From Macrostomum lignano (lineage: Eukaryota): a DNA stretch of 63,604 bases. The notes below the pieces were generated by a model. It had not been told where the DNA came from and made no database searches. It worked only from the letters and a program-made list of their open reading frames with translations. The stretch is taken from NCBI GenBank assembly GCA_002269645.1, contig NIVC01002900.1, positions 67,280 to 130,883 on the forward strand, read 5' to 3'. Positions 35,301-46,500 of this stretch are shown here, in pieces. Position numbers and translations under genes: made by a program. Numbering within the stretch: position 1 is the first letter of the stretch; each line of letters starts with the position of its first letter.

Positions 35301-38300
35301 CAACTCTGACTCACTTTCGTCTGACCTGCCCCACCTCTGACCCACTTTTGCCTGACCCAACCCACCTCTGACCCACTTTTGTCTGACCCAATCCACCTCT
35401 GACCCACTTTTGTCTGACCCAACCCAACTCTGACTCACTTTCGCCTGACCTGCCCCACCTCTGACCCACTTTTGTCTGACCCAACCCAACTCTGACTCAC
35501 TTTCGTCTGACCTGCCCCACCTCTGACCCACTTTTGCCTGACCCAACTGTTATGTTTTGGATATGAATGTTATATTACGGCATAGCCGTCTGTGCTGCGC
35601 TTAGTTCGTATCTGCAGCTCTCGTATATTTAGCTTATAAAGACAAAGCTAAGGTCATAGACAACTTAATTCGGTCTGTCTGCGACATCCCTTTTTTCCAA
35701 AAAGAAGTGTCATACGCATTAATGGATGAATGAATGAAAATGGCATTGTCAGTTAGTTCAGTTTGAGTGCATATAATTATGTAGCCTTGTAAAATTGAGT
35801 TGGCTTCACTTCACGTCCATATCGTGTAATGTATTTTGTTCCACCAGATTTTCCAGAATCCAGCTGTGAATTGTGTACTGTATCGGATGCATGAGCGTCT
35901 GAGCTGTAAGTCTGAATCGTTCCATTGTTAGAATCATGATTAGGTAGTTGAATCCTTGAATACTCTGGTATGGTCTGCATTCTGCAGTCTGTATTGCGCT
36001 TTGCCAGAAATCTGCGATTTCGTCTGAATTCACGACCTGTAGCAGTTCGAACTTTGTATGACCTGTCTGGGTCAGTGACATCGGGTTTCACGATTTCTGC
36101 AGGAATCCATTGTCTTCGATCTTCTTGCATCCACACCTGATCTCCTTCTTTAAACGGTCGCAGGTCTCTTGCAGTGCGATTGTAGTAGAATGCCTGTTTA
36201 CTGTTCTCTGCTAAAATCTCAAGTTCACGTTTTGTCCAGACTTGTCTTGGTTTCAGCTGTTCAATGGGCAGTGGCATTTGATATCTGAGCTTTCGTCCCA
36301 TCACTAGCTCAGCCGGTGTCGGTAGCCCTCTTTCAATTGGCGTATTCCGATAGTGTAGTAATGCACAATTTATATCTTCTGCTTTGTTTAGAAATCCTTT
36401 AACTGTCTGAACAGCTCTTTCTGATAGGCCATTTGATTGAGGATATTTTGGCGACGATGTCCTAATTCGTATACCTTTCTGGTCAGCAAACTCTTTAAAC
36501 CTGTTGGATCCAAATGGAGGTCCGTTGTCACATCTTATCACTTCTGGAGTACCATAGGTAGCAAAATATTGTGACAGCTGTTTTATGACGCACTCTGCTG
36601 ATGTAGTCGTGATTTTATCAGTGCAGATCCATCGACCTAACCTGTCAACCAGGACAATGTGTGTTTCTCCTTTCCAATAGAAAATGTCAGTTCCACACTC
36701 TTGAAATGGATACTCAGGTATTTCAACCATTTTCATGGATTCTTTTTGATGAAGAGCTTGGTAACTTTGGCATTTTTCGCATGAAGAAATGTATTGCTCA
36801 ATGTCATGGCGCATTCGAGGCCAAAATACAGATTCAGTAGCCTTCATCAACGTCTTTTCCACGCCTTGATGACTTTCATGGAGGATTTGAAGCATTTGTC
36901 TTCGCATTGCATCAGGAATGAATATTTTGCTGCTCTTGTATATGAGTCTGTCATTCTCCATCAGTTCATGCCGAATATTCCAGAATGGCTTCAGCTCTTT
37001 AGCTATTTGGGATTTGGCATCTGGCCAACCCTCTCGAATCTGGTCCTTTAGCTTATGACATAAATCGTCAGCATTTGTGTGATGCTGGATGTCCTTTAGC
37101 AAGTTGTCTGGTAGGCATACACGAGCTACTCCAAGTATTTGGCACTGAATATCATCATCAATATCATTGGATGAATGTACGGATTTCAGATAAGCGCGGC
37201 TTAGTGTATCCGCAAGGTATAGTTCTTTTCCGGGTACATACGTCACATTGAGATCGAATTCTTGAATTTTCAAAGCTAGTCGCTGCAGTCGAGCTGATAG
37301 TTCACTCAGTGGCTTTTTCATAATGAATTGCAGGGGCTTGTGATCTGATTCAACCTGTACGTGCCGACCCCATAAGTATTGTCGAAATCTGCGACATCCA
37401 AAGACTATTGCCAAGAATCTTTTTCGATTTGAGCATATTTCTTTTGAGCAGGAGTCATCGATGACGATGCGTATTCAATGACGTGTCCGTCTTGCATCAA
37501 TGCGGCTCCGAGTCCATCTTTACTGGCATCTACACTTAGAATGACACTCTGATCTGGGTTAAATTGTCCCAATAGTGGAGCTTTGCACAGTGATTCCTTA
37601 ATTGCTTCATATGCTTCTTCCTGCCGTTTTCCCCAGTTCCACGCTACATCTTTTTTCAGTAACTGTCGCAAAGGTGAAGCAAGCGCTGAGAAATTTGGTA
37701 TGAACTTCGACAAGAAGTTTGCGCTGCCGATGAATCTTTGTAGCTGCGCGGCTTTTTCAGATATCTGGGAGTAACTGTGCGGATGCGGCATGTCTTTGAT
37801 GCTTCGTATCTTTTCCGGATCGATCTTGACTCCTTCGCTGGTTAGAATATGTCCTAGGAATTTCAACTCTCGCTGTCCGATTTTAGCTTTGGTCTTGTTT
37901 AGCTTTAAATTCTTATCCTTGCGCTGCTGTAGCAGTTGCCTCACCGAGTCATCATGCTCTTTTCTTGTTCTGCCCCACACGATTATATCGTCAAAGAGTT
38001 TGCGGAGTTTGCAACATGACTCGTGATCTCTTCTCTGATTTTTCTCTGATACGCCTCTGGAGCATCCTTCAATCCGAATGGCAGTCTGTTCCACCTGTAG
38101 ACTCCGAAAGGTGTATGAAAGGCGGTTAGAAGAGAGCTTTCATGATCTAAAGCTACTTGATGAAATCCTGCTGTAGCATCAAAAGTTGAAAAAAACTTTG
38201 CGCTAGTCATCTTGCTAATAATTTCATTATATGATGGAATTGGGTACCGGTCTCGAATGATGAACTCGTTTAGACTTTGCGGATCGAGACAGAGACGCAC

Positions 38301-41300
38301 AGAACTGTCAGGCTTCCACACAACCACAACGTTGGATACCCACTCCGTGGGGTGCGAACACTGGGAAATCATTCCTTGCTCACTGAGGCGATGCAGCTCA
38401 TCTCTTAATGCTTTCAATGCTGCAAACGGAACTTTTCTTGGACCCTGAACTCTGGGAACAGCGTTCGTCTGTAAAACTATGTGGTGTGTTCCTGGCAGAC
38501 AACCTAGCCCTTCAAAGACATCGGCGTATTCTTTCAAAATCACTTCCTTTGTAAGTGGTTCTTCCGATACCGGAACATCCTGTTGAACAGCATGCAGTAT
38601 CCGTATCAGTCCGAGACTCTCTGCTGTATTTGTCTCAAGCAATGGCATATTATCTTCAGCAATGACAAAGAATTTTGCTTGAATTTCTTCATTCTGGTGT
38701 CTGAGAAGCAGTTGAATTTGTCCCAAAACTGTCAGCCTCTGTTTGTTGTACACAACTAACTGTGTGCTTCTATCCTCTCGGTATTCCTTCTTGGTAATCT
38801 GCCTAAGTCTTTTTGCAGACATAATGTTAACATCGGCTCCTGTGTCGATTTTAAACGAAATCAACTGACGATCCTCAACCAGTACACTCGCGATTGTCTT
38901 GCTGTTCGTGCGAGCGGTCTTATTTTCATTATTTCCAGCCATCTGGTCACAGCTAGCAACTGAAGATACAGCCCATGATTTTGTTAAGCTGCCTCCTGTG
39001 TCTTCGTCATTTTCGTCATCATGTTCATCTACCAGTCTGACATGTCTTGTAGGGTTATTTCGAAACTTTTGCTGACACATGGCTTTAAAATGGTTCTTTC
39101 TTCCACAATTACTACACATCTTTCCAAATGCAGGACAGTGCTTACTACCAAAGGTGTGCTGTTTTCCGCAGTATCTGCAACTGGTTCTGCCCTGATGCGA
39201 GTCCTTGCGGGAGCCTTGGGAGGAGTTTCTCACTCGGTTTCTCTGGTGCTTTGCTGTGGGTGCCATTTTTTTAACTGTGTCCACACTTGGTCTTGGGTTT
39301 TCATACGCCTTACCGATCATTTTCTGTGCTTGCACTTTGGATGCTTCACATGCTCGACACAATGCGATTGCCTTCTCGAGCGTCAGCTTGTCCTGTTCCA
39401 ATAGCCTCTCCCTGACCGAAGGATTGTGCACTCCATACACGATTTGGTCTCTTAGAATTGCATTTTCGATTGTTTCGGATGCCATTGGCTTTGCAAAATT
39501 GCATTGTTTTATGAGTGTTCGCAGCTCGCCAAGATAGTGATCAAATTCTTCGAATTGCTGCTGTGTGCGCATTCTGAACTTGTATCTTTCGAATGTTTCA
39601 CAGTCCAGCGGCTTGCAGAATTTCTCAAATGCGGCAACAATTTGGTCGAATGAATTACCTTCAGTCAAATCTAGCGTATCGTAAATATCTCGACCTTGTT
39701 CACCCAATGCCGTGAGGAGAATTGCTGTCTTGACCTCGTCGGCCTCTTTTTCTCTCTTAGTCGCCGTGAGGAATAGTTTGAAACCGTTGATCCACTTTCG
39801 CCATTTCTCGGCTTTGTTTTCATCAAAGGAAAATGGTGCAGGCGGCTTTAGGCTTCCAGAATCAGCCATATGTATGCTTTAGTGGAGCTCGAATTGAAGT
39901 TGCACTTTTACGGTTTCCTCTGACACCATGTTATGTTTTTGGATATGAATGTTATATTACGGCATAGCCGTCTGTGCTGCGCTTAGTTCGTATCTGCAGC
40001 TCTCGTATATTTAGCTTATAAAGACATAAAGCTAAGGTCATAGACAACTTAATTCGGTCTGTCTGCGACACCAACCCACCTCTGACCCACTTTTGTCTGA
40101 CCCAATCCACCTCTGACCCACTTTTGTCTGACCCAATCCACCTCTGACCCACTTTTTTCTGACCCAATCCACCTCTGACCCACTTTTTTCTGACCCAATC
40201 AACCTCTGACCCACTTTTGTCGGACCCAATCCATCTCTGACCCACTTTTGTCTGACCCAATCCACCTCTGACCCTCTTTTGTCTGACCCATCCCTCCGCT
40301 GACCCAACCCACTTCTGCCCCACTTTCGCCTGACCCATCCCACCCCTGATCCACTTTCTCCTGACCCAACTACTTGCATCCTATGCTTCACTTTTGCATC
40401 TAACAATACCTTCTAAAATGATAATGAGTCATGCAGTCTACCTAAAATTCTTAAATGCTAATATTTTTTATGAATCTCGTTAAACTTGGATTAAAAACAC
40501 TGTACTATAGTACTGTGAGTAGCTAAGCTCGGCAGTATATTTAACGAAAACAACCTCTCACCGCCCCTTGGGGCTGGCCGCAGCTGGAAGGATTTCGTCG
40601 ACTTTCTGGAGCGCGCGCAGGCTGCCTACTTCCAGCGCAACCCAAACGCTCTCCGGGCGCCACCGCCTAAGCTGGCAGCTGAGAAATCAAAGACGCCGAC
40701 AGAGCCCCCGCCGGAGCCGGCAGTGCAACCGCAGGACAGGTTCAAAAGTGCCGCCGCCAAGGTAGGCTGAGGGCGGGTGTTGCTGTAAATGAAAAAAAAT
40801 CATAGTTTCATATAAATCATATAAATCATATAAATCATAGTTTATTAATTTGAATTCGCGCCAAAAATGAGAACCTTTAAACACCCTTGATTTATTTTTA
40901 TCTAATGAACAAAAATTATTATCCTGTCATTTTTCTGAGCATTTCAAGCGTCCTTTTGCAATAAATTCAGGAAACTTAATTGACAATAAATTAGATATTT
41001 CAGTGCCATTTCAGTGTGATTATAGTGCCATTTAAGTGCCATTTAAGTGCCATTTAAGTGCCATTTCAGTCCGGTTTTATTGCCACATAATTTCCAGTTC
41101 CATATCAACTTTCTTGCCGTCTGATTTCAGACAATATATAGAAAATGCTAGCATGCAGTTCAGAGGCTTGAAAAGCCCAGACATTCACACCGCGCAGATT
41201 ATTGCAGGAGAGTTGAGGCGAAAACCGGCATCGGCTGCAGGCTGCTCGGTGCTGCAGGCTCCCGTCGCCGCTGCCGTCACGATGAAGGTGTCCCAATTGC

Positions 41301-41899
41301 ACCAACCAAATTAGCTCGGAGCACCTGGCTAGACTCCAAGGACAATTTGAATAGAAGGACGGGAGACTTCTTTTCTTAGAAAATCTTTGAAGGGCTGGTT
41401 TTACCAAAAACGCTACGGAGATATAATTATAGGACGTCTGTTAATGCACCGAACTTATTTTTTACATTTGTTTTTTGTTAAAGTAAAGAAATTCTTCGGT
41501 AGCATTTTTTGCGGAGAGCTGGCAGATTTGAAACTTTTCTAAGAAACGAAGTTTCCCGTACTTCTACTTAAGTCGCTCTTTCTAATACGTTTTTACTGTT
41601 TATGTAGCTCTCCGTAGTTTTGAGTCCAGGTTAGCTGTGACTGTAGCCAGGGTCATCAGTCTCTCTCTCTCTCGCTCTTTCTCGCTCTCTCTCGCTCTTT
41701 CTCGCTCTCTCTCGCTCTTTCTCGCTCTCTCTCGCTCTTTCTCGCTCTCTCTCGCTCTCTCTCGCTCTCTCTCGCTCTTTCTCGCTCTCTCTCTCGCTCT
41801 CTCTCGCTCTCTCTCGCTCTGTCTCTCCCTCTCTCTCCCTCTCCCCCTGTCTCTCTTCCTCTCTCACTCTCTCTCTCTTTCTCTCCCTCTCCCCCTGTC

Positions 41900-41931
<32 letters not shown>

Positions 41932-43254
41932 CCAGTTTTGAGTCCAGACTAGCTATGACTGTAGCCAGTCATGCAGTTCACCAGTGCAACTCAATTGCAT
42001 TATGCATATTCGGACACAAATGAAAGAATTCATTTCATTTTCTGCTTGCCTTCTGCAAACTTCAGCGCACTGAACCAACCACTGCGTCCGTGTCGGCTGC
42101 GAGACCACCACCACCACCACAACAGCAAGAGTTGCAAAAACCCCAGCAGCAAACGGTTAAAAAAGATTCTAACATAAACGCGGCTGGTTCGAAAGAGAAA
42201 ACTAGTGAGCAAGCTTCCTTCTGGATTATGTGGTGCAGAGTGGGATGGGTGCAGGGTGGGGTAGGTGCAGGGTGGGGTGGGTGCAGGGTGGGTTAGGTGC
42301 AGGGTGGGGTGGGTGCAGGGTGGGGTAGGTGCAGGGTGGGGTGGGTGCAGGGTGGGTTAGGTGCAGGGTGGGGTGGGTGCAGGGTGGGGTAGGTGCAGGG
42401 TGGGGTGGTTGCAGAGTGGGGTGGGTTGTAGAGTGGGGTGGGTTGTAGAGTGGGGTGGGTGCAAAGTGGGGTGGGTGCAGCGTGGGGTGGGTGCAGAGTG
42501 GGGTGGGTGCAGCGTGGGATGGGTGCAGGGTGGGGTAGGTGCAGGGTGGGGTGGGTGCAGGGTGGGTTAGGTGCAGGGTGGGGTGGGTGCAGGGTGGGGT
42601 AGGTGCAGGGTGGGGTGGTTGCAGAGTGGGGTGGGTTGTAGAGTGGGGTGGGTTGTAGAGTGGGGTGGGTGCAGAGTGGGGTGGGTGCAGCGTGGGGTGG
42701 GTGCAGAGTGGGGTGGGTGCAGCGTGGGGTGGGTGCAGAGTGGGGTGGGTGCAGCGTGGGGTGGGTGCAGAGTGGGGTGGGTGCAGGGTGGGGTGGGTGC
42801 AGAGATGGGGTGGGTTGCAGAGTGGGATGGGTGCAGAGTGGGGTGGTTGCAGTGCAATGAGGGGTGAAGGAAGGCAGAGTGATGCTCATTGTTTCATACA
42901 TGTAATTCCAAAGTTACTGCACTTACTCTACTCTATAGGCGTGGAGCCAGTCCCAGCCAAGTCGCAGGATGCAGAAGCTCAACTGCAGTCTGAGCTGCCG
43001 ACATTGCAGGAGTCAGTTGCTCAGAAATCAGAACAGTTGCAAGAAACGCAAAAAAAGCAGCAGCAACAACAACAACAACAGCAGCAGCAGCAGCAGCAAC
43101 AACAGCAGCAGCAGCAAGCTGTTTGCGATGAGTCTGGTGCCGTGTCAGCCACAGTCCTTGGCCGCTGCTGCGTCGCCTTCTGCCCTACCGGCTTCGATCC
43201 GATAGCGGAAGCGCCCGGAGACCCGCCGTTGAGAAGCTTGCAGCTGGAGTGGGT
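32346..43254 (+). CDS. N-terminal exons of the EML-like gene: low-complexity and EF-hand-like helical region, Q/P-rich linker
   Basis: Exons: 32346-32843 (tentative), 33232-33523, about 33778-34362 (frameshifted), 34837-34934, 40584-40761, 41198-41287 (tentative), 42066-42204 and 42939-43254. Splicing across the Gypsy intron gives LRADLKRRDSAKRGKLPKSE|ILQAVSHHDCPVYGALLNCLLKLCDAETTEIIR|WKDFVDFLE. The last exon ends LQLEWV, the start of the HELP motif. Confidence 0.6.
35212..35547. repeat. 31-bp minisatellite (tctgacccacttttgtctgacccaacccacc), left part
   Basis: The same array resumes at 40071 after the LTR element. Confidence 0.93.
35777..37414 (-). CDS. Gypsy RNase H-integrase
   Basis: VESDHKPL and LADTLSR; HHCC zinc finger HESHQG...CEKC; DDE motifs GTDIF, RCDNGPPF and NGLSERAV. 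Confidence 0.92.
   Translation of the reverse strand: MAIVFGCRRFRQYLWGRHVQVESDHKPLQFIMKKPLSELSARLQRLALKIQEFDLNVTYVPGKELYLADTLSRAYLKSVHSSNDIDDDIQCQILGVARVCLPDNLLKDIQHHTNADDLCHKLKDQIREGWPDAKSQIAKELKPFWNIRHELMENDRLIYKSSKIFIPDAMRRQMLQILHESHQGVEKTLMKATESVFWPRMRHDIEQYISSCEKCQSYQALHQKESMKMVEIPEYPFQECGTDIFYWKGETHIVLVDRLGRWICTDKITTTSAECVIKQLSQYFATYGTPEVIRCDNGPPFGSNRFKEFADQKGIRIRTSSPKYPQSNGLSERAVQTVKGFLNKAEDINCALLHYRNTPIERGLPTPAELVMGRKLRYQMPLPIEQLKPRQVWTKRELEILAENSKQAFYYNRTARDLRPFKEGDQVWMQEDRRQWIPAEIVKPDVTDPDRSYKVRTATGREFRRNRRFLAKRNTDCRMQTIPEYSRIQLPNHDSNNGTIQTYSSDAHASDTVHNSQLDSGKSGGTKYITRYGREVKPTQFYKAT
37405..38094 (-). CDS. Gypsy RT C-terminus / RNase H start (frameshifted segment of pol)
   Basis: FDDIIVWG, LKFLGHI, SVDASKDGLGA and YAQIEK. 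Joined to its neighbours by single-base frameshifts. Confidence 0.9.
   Translation of the reverse strand: MEQTAIRIEGCSRGVSEKNQRRDHESCCKLRKLFDDIIVWGRTRKEHDDSVRQLLQQRKDKNLKLNKTKAKIGQRELKFLGHILTSEGVKIDPEKIRSIKDMPHPHSYSQISEKAAQLQRFIGSANFLSKFIPNFSALASPLRQLLKKDVAWNWGKRQEEAYEAIKESLCKAPLLGQFNPDQSVILSVDASKDGLGAALMQDGHVIEYASSSMTPAQKKYAQIEKDSWQ
37983..39869 (-). CDS. Gypsy gag-protease-RT (N-terminal part)
   Basis: Double zinc knuckle CRYCGKQH...CSNCGRKNHFKAMC, protease FKIDTGADVN and RT VRLCLDP...FSTFDATAGFHQ...NRLPFG. Confidence 0.92.
   Translation of the reverse strand: MADSGSLKPPAPFSFDENKAEKWRKWINGFKLFLTATKREKEADEVKTAILLTALGEQGRDIYDTLDLTEGNSFDQIVAAFEKFCKPLDCETFERYKFRMRTQQQFEEFDHYLGELRTLIKQCNFAKPMASETIENAILRDQIVYGVHNPSVRERLLEQDKLTLEKAIALCRACEASKVQAQKMIGKAYENPRPSVDTVKKMAPTAKHQRNRVRNSSQGSRKDSHQGRTSCRYCGKQHTFGSKHCPAFGKMCSNCGRKNHFKAMCQQKFRNNPTRHVRLVDEHDDENDEDTGGSLTKSWAVSSVASCDQMAGNNENKTARTNSKTIASVLVEDRQLISFKIDTGADVNIMSAKRLRQITKKEYREDRSTQLVVYNKQRLTVLGQIQLLLRHQNEEIQAKFFVIAEDNMPLLETNTAESLGLIRILHAVQQDVPVSEEPLTKEVILKEYADVFEGLGCLPGTHHIVLQTNAVPRVQGPRKVPFAALKALRDELHRLSEQGMISQCSHPTEWVSNVVVVWKPDSSVRLCLDPQSLNEFIIRDRYPIPSYNEIISKMTSAKFFSTFDATAGFHQVALDHESSLLTAFHTPFGVYRWNRLPFGLKDAPEAYQRKIREEITSHVANSANSLTI
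40071..40370. repeat. 31-bp minisatellite, right part (continuation of 35212-35547)
   Basis: Same unit as the array left of the LTR element. Confidence 0.93.
41660..41932. repeat. CT-rich microsatellite
   Basis: (ctctcg)n / (ct)n tract flanked by ~35-bp imperfect direct repeats. Confidence 0.93.
42232..42852. repeat. G-rich intronic minisatellite (gtgcagggtggggtgg variants)
   Basis: Tandem array with many GGG/GGGG runs. Confidence 0.93.
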
Positions 43255-43490
43255 GTGAGTGAGGGTGGGCTGCAGCTGGAGTGGGTGTGAGTGAGGGTGG
43301 GCTGCAGCTGGAGTGGGTGTGAGTGAGGGTGGGCTGCAGCTGGAGTGGGTGTGAGTGAGGGTGGGCTGCAGCTGGAGTGGGTGTGAGTGAGGGTGGGCTG
43401 CAGCTGGAGTGGGTGTGAGTGAGGGTGGGCTGCAGCTGGAGTGGGTGTGAGTGAGGGTGGGCTGCAGCTGGAGTGGGTGTGAGTGAGGGT
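43241..43490. repeat. 32-bp minisatellite that duplicates an exon end and its splice donor
   Basis: Unit cagctggagtgggt|gtgagtgagggtgggctg, 8 copies. Confidence 0.95.
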
Positions 43491-43515
43491 CAGCCGTCAG
43501 CTCCCACCTTTTCAG

Positions 43516-46500
43516 CTACGGCTACAGAGGCAATGACTGTCGCAACAACATCCTCGTGCTGCCCTCGAGGGAGCTGCTGTACTTCACGGGGCGAGTGGCC
43601 GTGCTGCTGTTGGTAACGCGGCAGCAGCAGAGGCACTACTGCGAGCATTCGGCCGAAATAACCAGGTGATAATCAATGTTCTCCTCTGTCGGTTTTTTTC
43701 TTGAATTTGCACATTCTAATAGTAAATTTTGCATTGCAGCATCGCTCTGCATCCGGACGGTGTTACCGTGGCAACCGGACAGTGTCCGGCCGAACCGGAA
43801 GGGCAGGCAGCATCCATTCGCCTGTGGAGTGCAGACAGCCTGCAGACTGCCTGCGTGCTGAAAGGTGACGAACTGCAGGGCTCGATCAACTGCCTGGCAT
43901 TCGCGGAGCAGAGGGTGAGCGCTGAGCACACTGTGAGCAGCTTCATTTCCCTTGCTCTCCTGAACCTGCTTCCTCTTTGAGAGCTTCTACACGTGTATCC
44001 GAAAGTGAGACTCGAACTCCCGATAGGCCAGAACCGTTTTTGAGTTCTTACTCGGTTCTGTCGCAACAACCCAACTAGCAACTTTTCTTGCACACACTTT
44101 AAGAGACATTTGCTTCAAATTCTTTCTATACTACTCTTCAGTAGGCGATCTCTAATACTTTGCATTTACTTGATTCGATAACCCTGGCTCTAAAAATAGC
44201 CCTAAACCCTAGCCATAGCCCTAGCCATAACCATAGCCCTAACCCTAGACATTACCCTAGCCATAACCATAGCCCTAACCCTAGACATTACCCTAGCCAT
44301 AACCATAGCCCTAACCCTAGACATTACCCTAGCCATAACCATAGCCCTAACCATAGCCCTAACCATAGCCCTAACCATAGCCCTAACCATAGCCCTAACC
44401 ATAGCCCTAACCATAGCCCTAACCATAGCCCTAACCATAGCCCTAACCATAGCCCTAACCATAGCCCTAACCATAGCCCTAACCATAGGCCCGAATCTAG
44501 CCACACCCCTAACGCAACCTTGCAGGACCGCCTGTGGAGCGTCGCCTCCAAGCCAGACGGCCAGTCCGTCCTGGGCCTGTGGGACACCCGGCAGTCCCGA
44601 GGCAGCCGCCTGTGCTCAGTCCAACTGGGCACGGACGTCCCCTGCGACCTGGCCTGCAGCCCCGCCGATCCCACTCTGCTGGTGACCGCCGGTCGCGAGC
44701 ACGCCGTCTGGTGGCGCGTCGCCGTCGACGGCTGCAGCATTGAACGGCGGGCTAGCGCCGACTTCAAGCGGCTGACTGGCCGGGCGCCGCGCTTCGTGGT
44801 AGCGCTGCTGCACTCGCCAACTGACGGCCGGCTGGTGAGCGGCGACTCAAGCGGCAACGTCTGCGTGTGGACAGCCGCCGGCTCCGGGGAGATGCTCGAC
44901 TGCGTGCAAGGAGCGCACGAGGTGAGAAGGGACGGCGTGTGACCGATATTGAAATGCGTAGATCTAAATATTCTCAGGAGCGTTTCACAAACCAGCAGGG
45001 GACTGACGGCAGTTCTGCCATTCCGCTGGCTCCTGAGCACATGCAAGCGCCAATACTGTACGCAGGCACAGCACTCATACACACGCTCACACAGGGTGTA
45101 CACAGCGGCCTTGATTTTCTAATCGTCTGGCATGTACACTCTCTGTGACTTGGTGGGGGGTTTCACATAGTACTTCAGTAAGTTCACCAATTTTCGAGCT
45201 GGTGAAACTTTGAGCGCGTGAGAGCGATCGATTCTCTCAATCTTTTTTCTCACCGCAGGGTCCGGTGTTTGCTCTCTGCCTTTACAACAGCAAGTGGCTG
45301 CTGACGGGCGGGCGGGATGGCCGCCTCCGCTGCTGGCAGTGGGGCAGCGGCCTCGAACGGCTGGGAGAGATTCGCCTGCCAGACGGTGAAGGCGGCATTC
45401 GCTGCGTCCGGATTCTTCGTGGCGGCCAGGGCGATCAGCTGGTGCTGGGCACCACCGCCAACTCCATCTTGCTGTGCAGGATCAACACGGAGCAGGGCTG
45501 GTAGGTGGCGATGCCCTGCTGCACTGCATTGTAAAATCGAGAAGATTAATATTGAGGGTTATTTTAGATTTTTAAAAATTTATCCAGAGGTTGTCTTTTA
45601 TCCAGAGAGAAGAGCCAAACAGCTTGCTTGATTTGAAGTCTGTTGGAGACTGCAGCTAGGAATTCCGCTTGATCGGCTTTATTGTCTATGGCCGAGAGCA
45701 GTTGAAGATTATTAACTTGATCGGATTTATTGTCTATGGCCGAGAGCAGTTGAAGATTCTTAACTTGATCGGCTTTATTGTCTATGGCCGAGAGCAGTTG
45801 AAGATTATTAACTTGATCGGATTTATTGTCTATGGCCGAGAGCAGTCGAATATTCTTAACTTGATCGGCTTTATTGTCTATGGCCGAGTGCAGTTGAAGA
45901 TTCTTAACTTGATCGGCTTTATTGTCTATGGCCGAGAGCAGTCGGAGATTCTTAACTTGATCGGCTTTATTGTCTATGGCCGAGTGCAGTTGAAGATTCT
46001 TAACTTGATCGGCTTTATTGTCTATGGCCGAGAGCAGTCGGAGATTCTTAACTTGATCGGCTTTATTGTCTATGGCCGAGAGCAGTCGGAGATTCTTAAC
46101 TTGATCGGCTTTATTGTCTATGGCCGAGTGCAGTTGAAGATTCTTAACTTGATCGGATTTATTGTCTATGGCCGAGAGCAGTCGGAGATTCTTAACTTGA
46201 TCGGCTTTATTGTCTATGGCTCAAGCCTCTCCACCTAATGCCGCCCCCTGCACTTCAGGTGCCCCCTAGACGGTGCCATCGTAGAGCCGGTGGCGCTCAC
46301 CCGAGGCCACTACGACCAGCTGCAGGGCCTTGATTGCGTGACCGGCCGTCCAGGCCTTTTCGTCACGGCCGGCTTTGATGGTCAGGCGTGCGTCTTTAGC
46401 GCGGAGACGCGACAGTGCCTGCATAGGACTGCCGTTCCAGTGAGGCTCATGGACTGGTGATGGGGCTGATGATCGGGCTGGTGATCGAGCTGATGATGGG

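Larger units (their letters stand above)
35548..40070 (-). mobile_element. Full-length Ty3/Gypsy LTR retrotransposon (Mag-like clade)
   Basis: LTRs at 35548-35686 and 39929-40070 (TG...CA) differ only by indels. The 5-bp TSD is CCAAC. The PBS TGGTGTCAGAGG (39928-39917) is tRNA-Leu-like, and the PPT is GGAAAAAAGGGA (35698-35687). Confidence 0.95.

Noticed and set aside
35530-35547. Sequence-specific targeting because the host repeat (ctctgaccca) resembles the element's PBS complement (ctctgacacca)
   Set aside because: It is a short match at a single insertion, and integrase targeting is not known to use the PBS.
37405-38094. Programmed ribosomal frameshifting in the Gypsy pol
   Set aside because: The shifts fall inside conserved RT/RNase H motifs and lack slippery heptamers; single-base loss is the simpler explanation.
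44180-44490. Interstitial telomere
   Set aside because: The unit is CCCTAACCATAG, not tandem TTAGGG, and it behaves like the other private intronic arrays.
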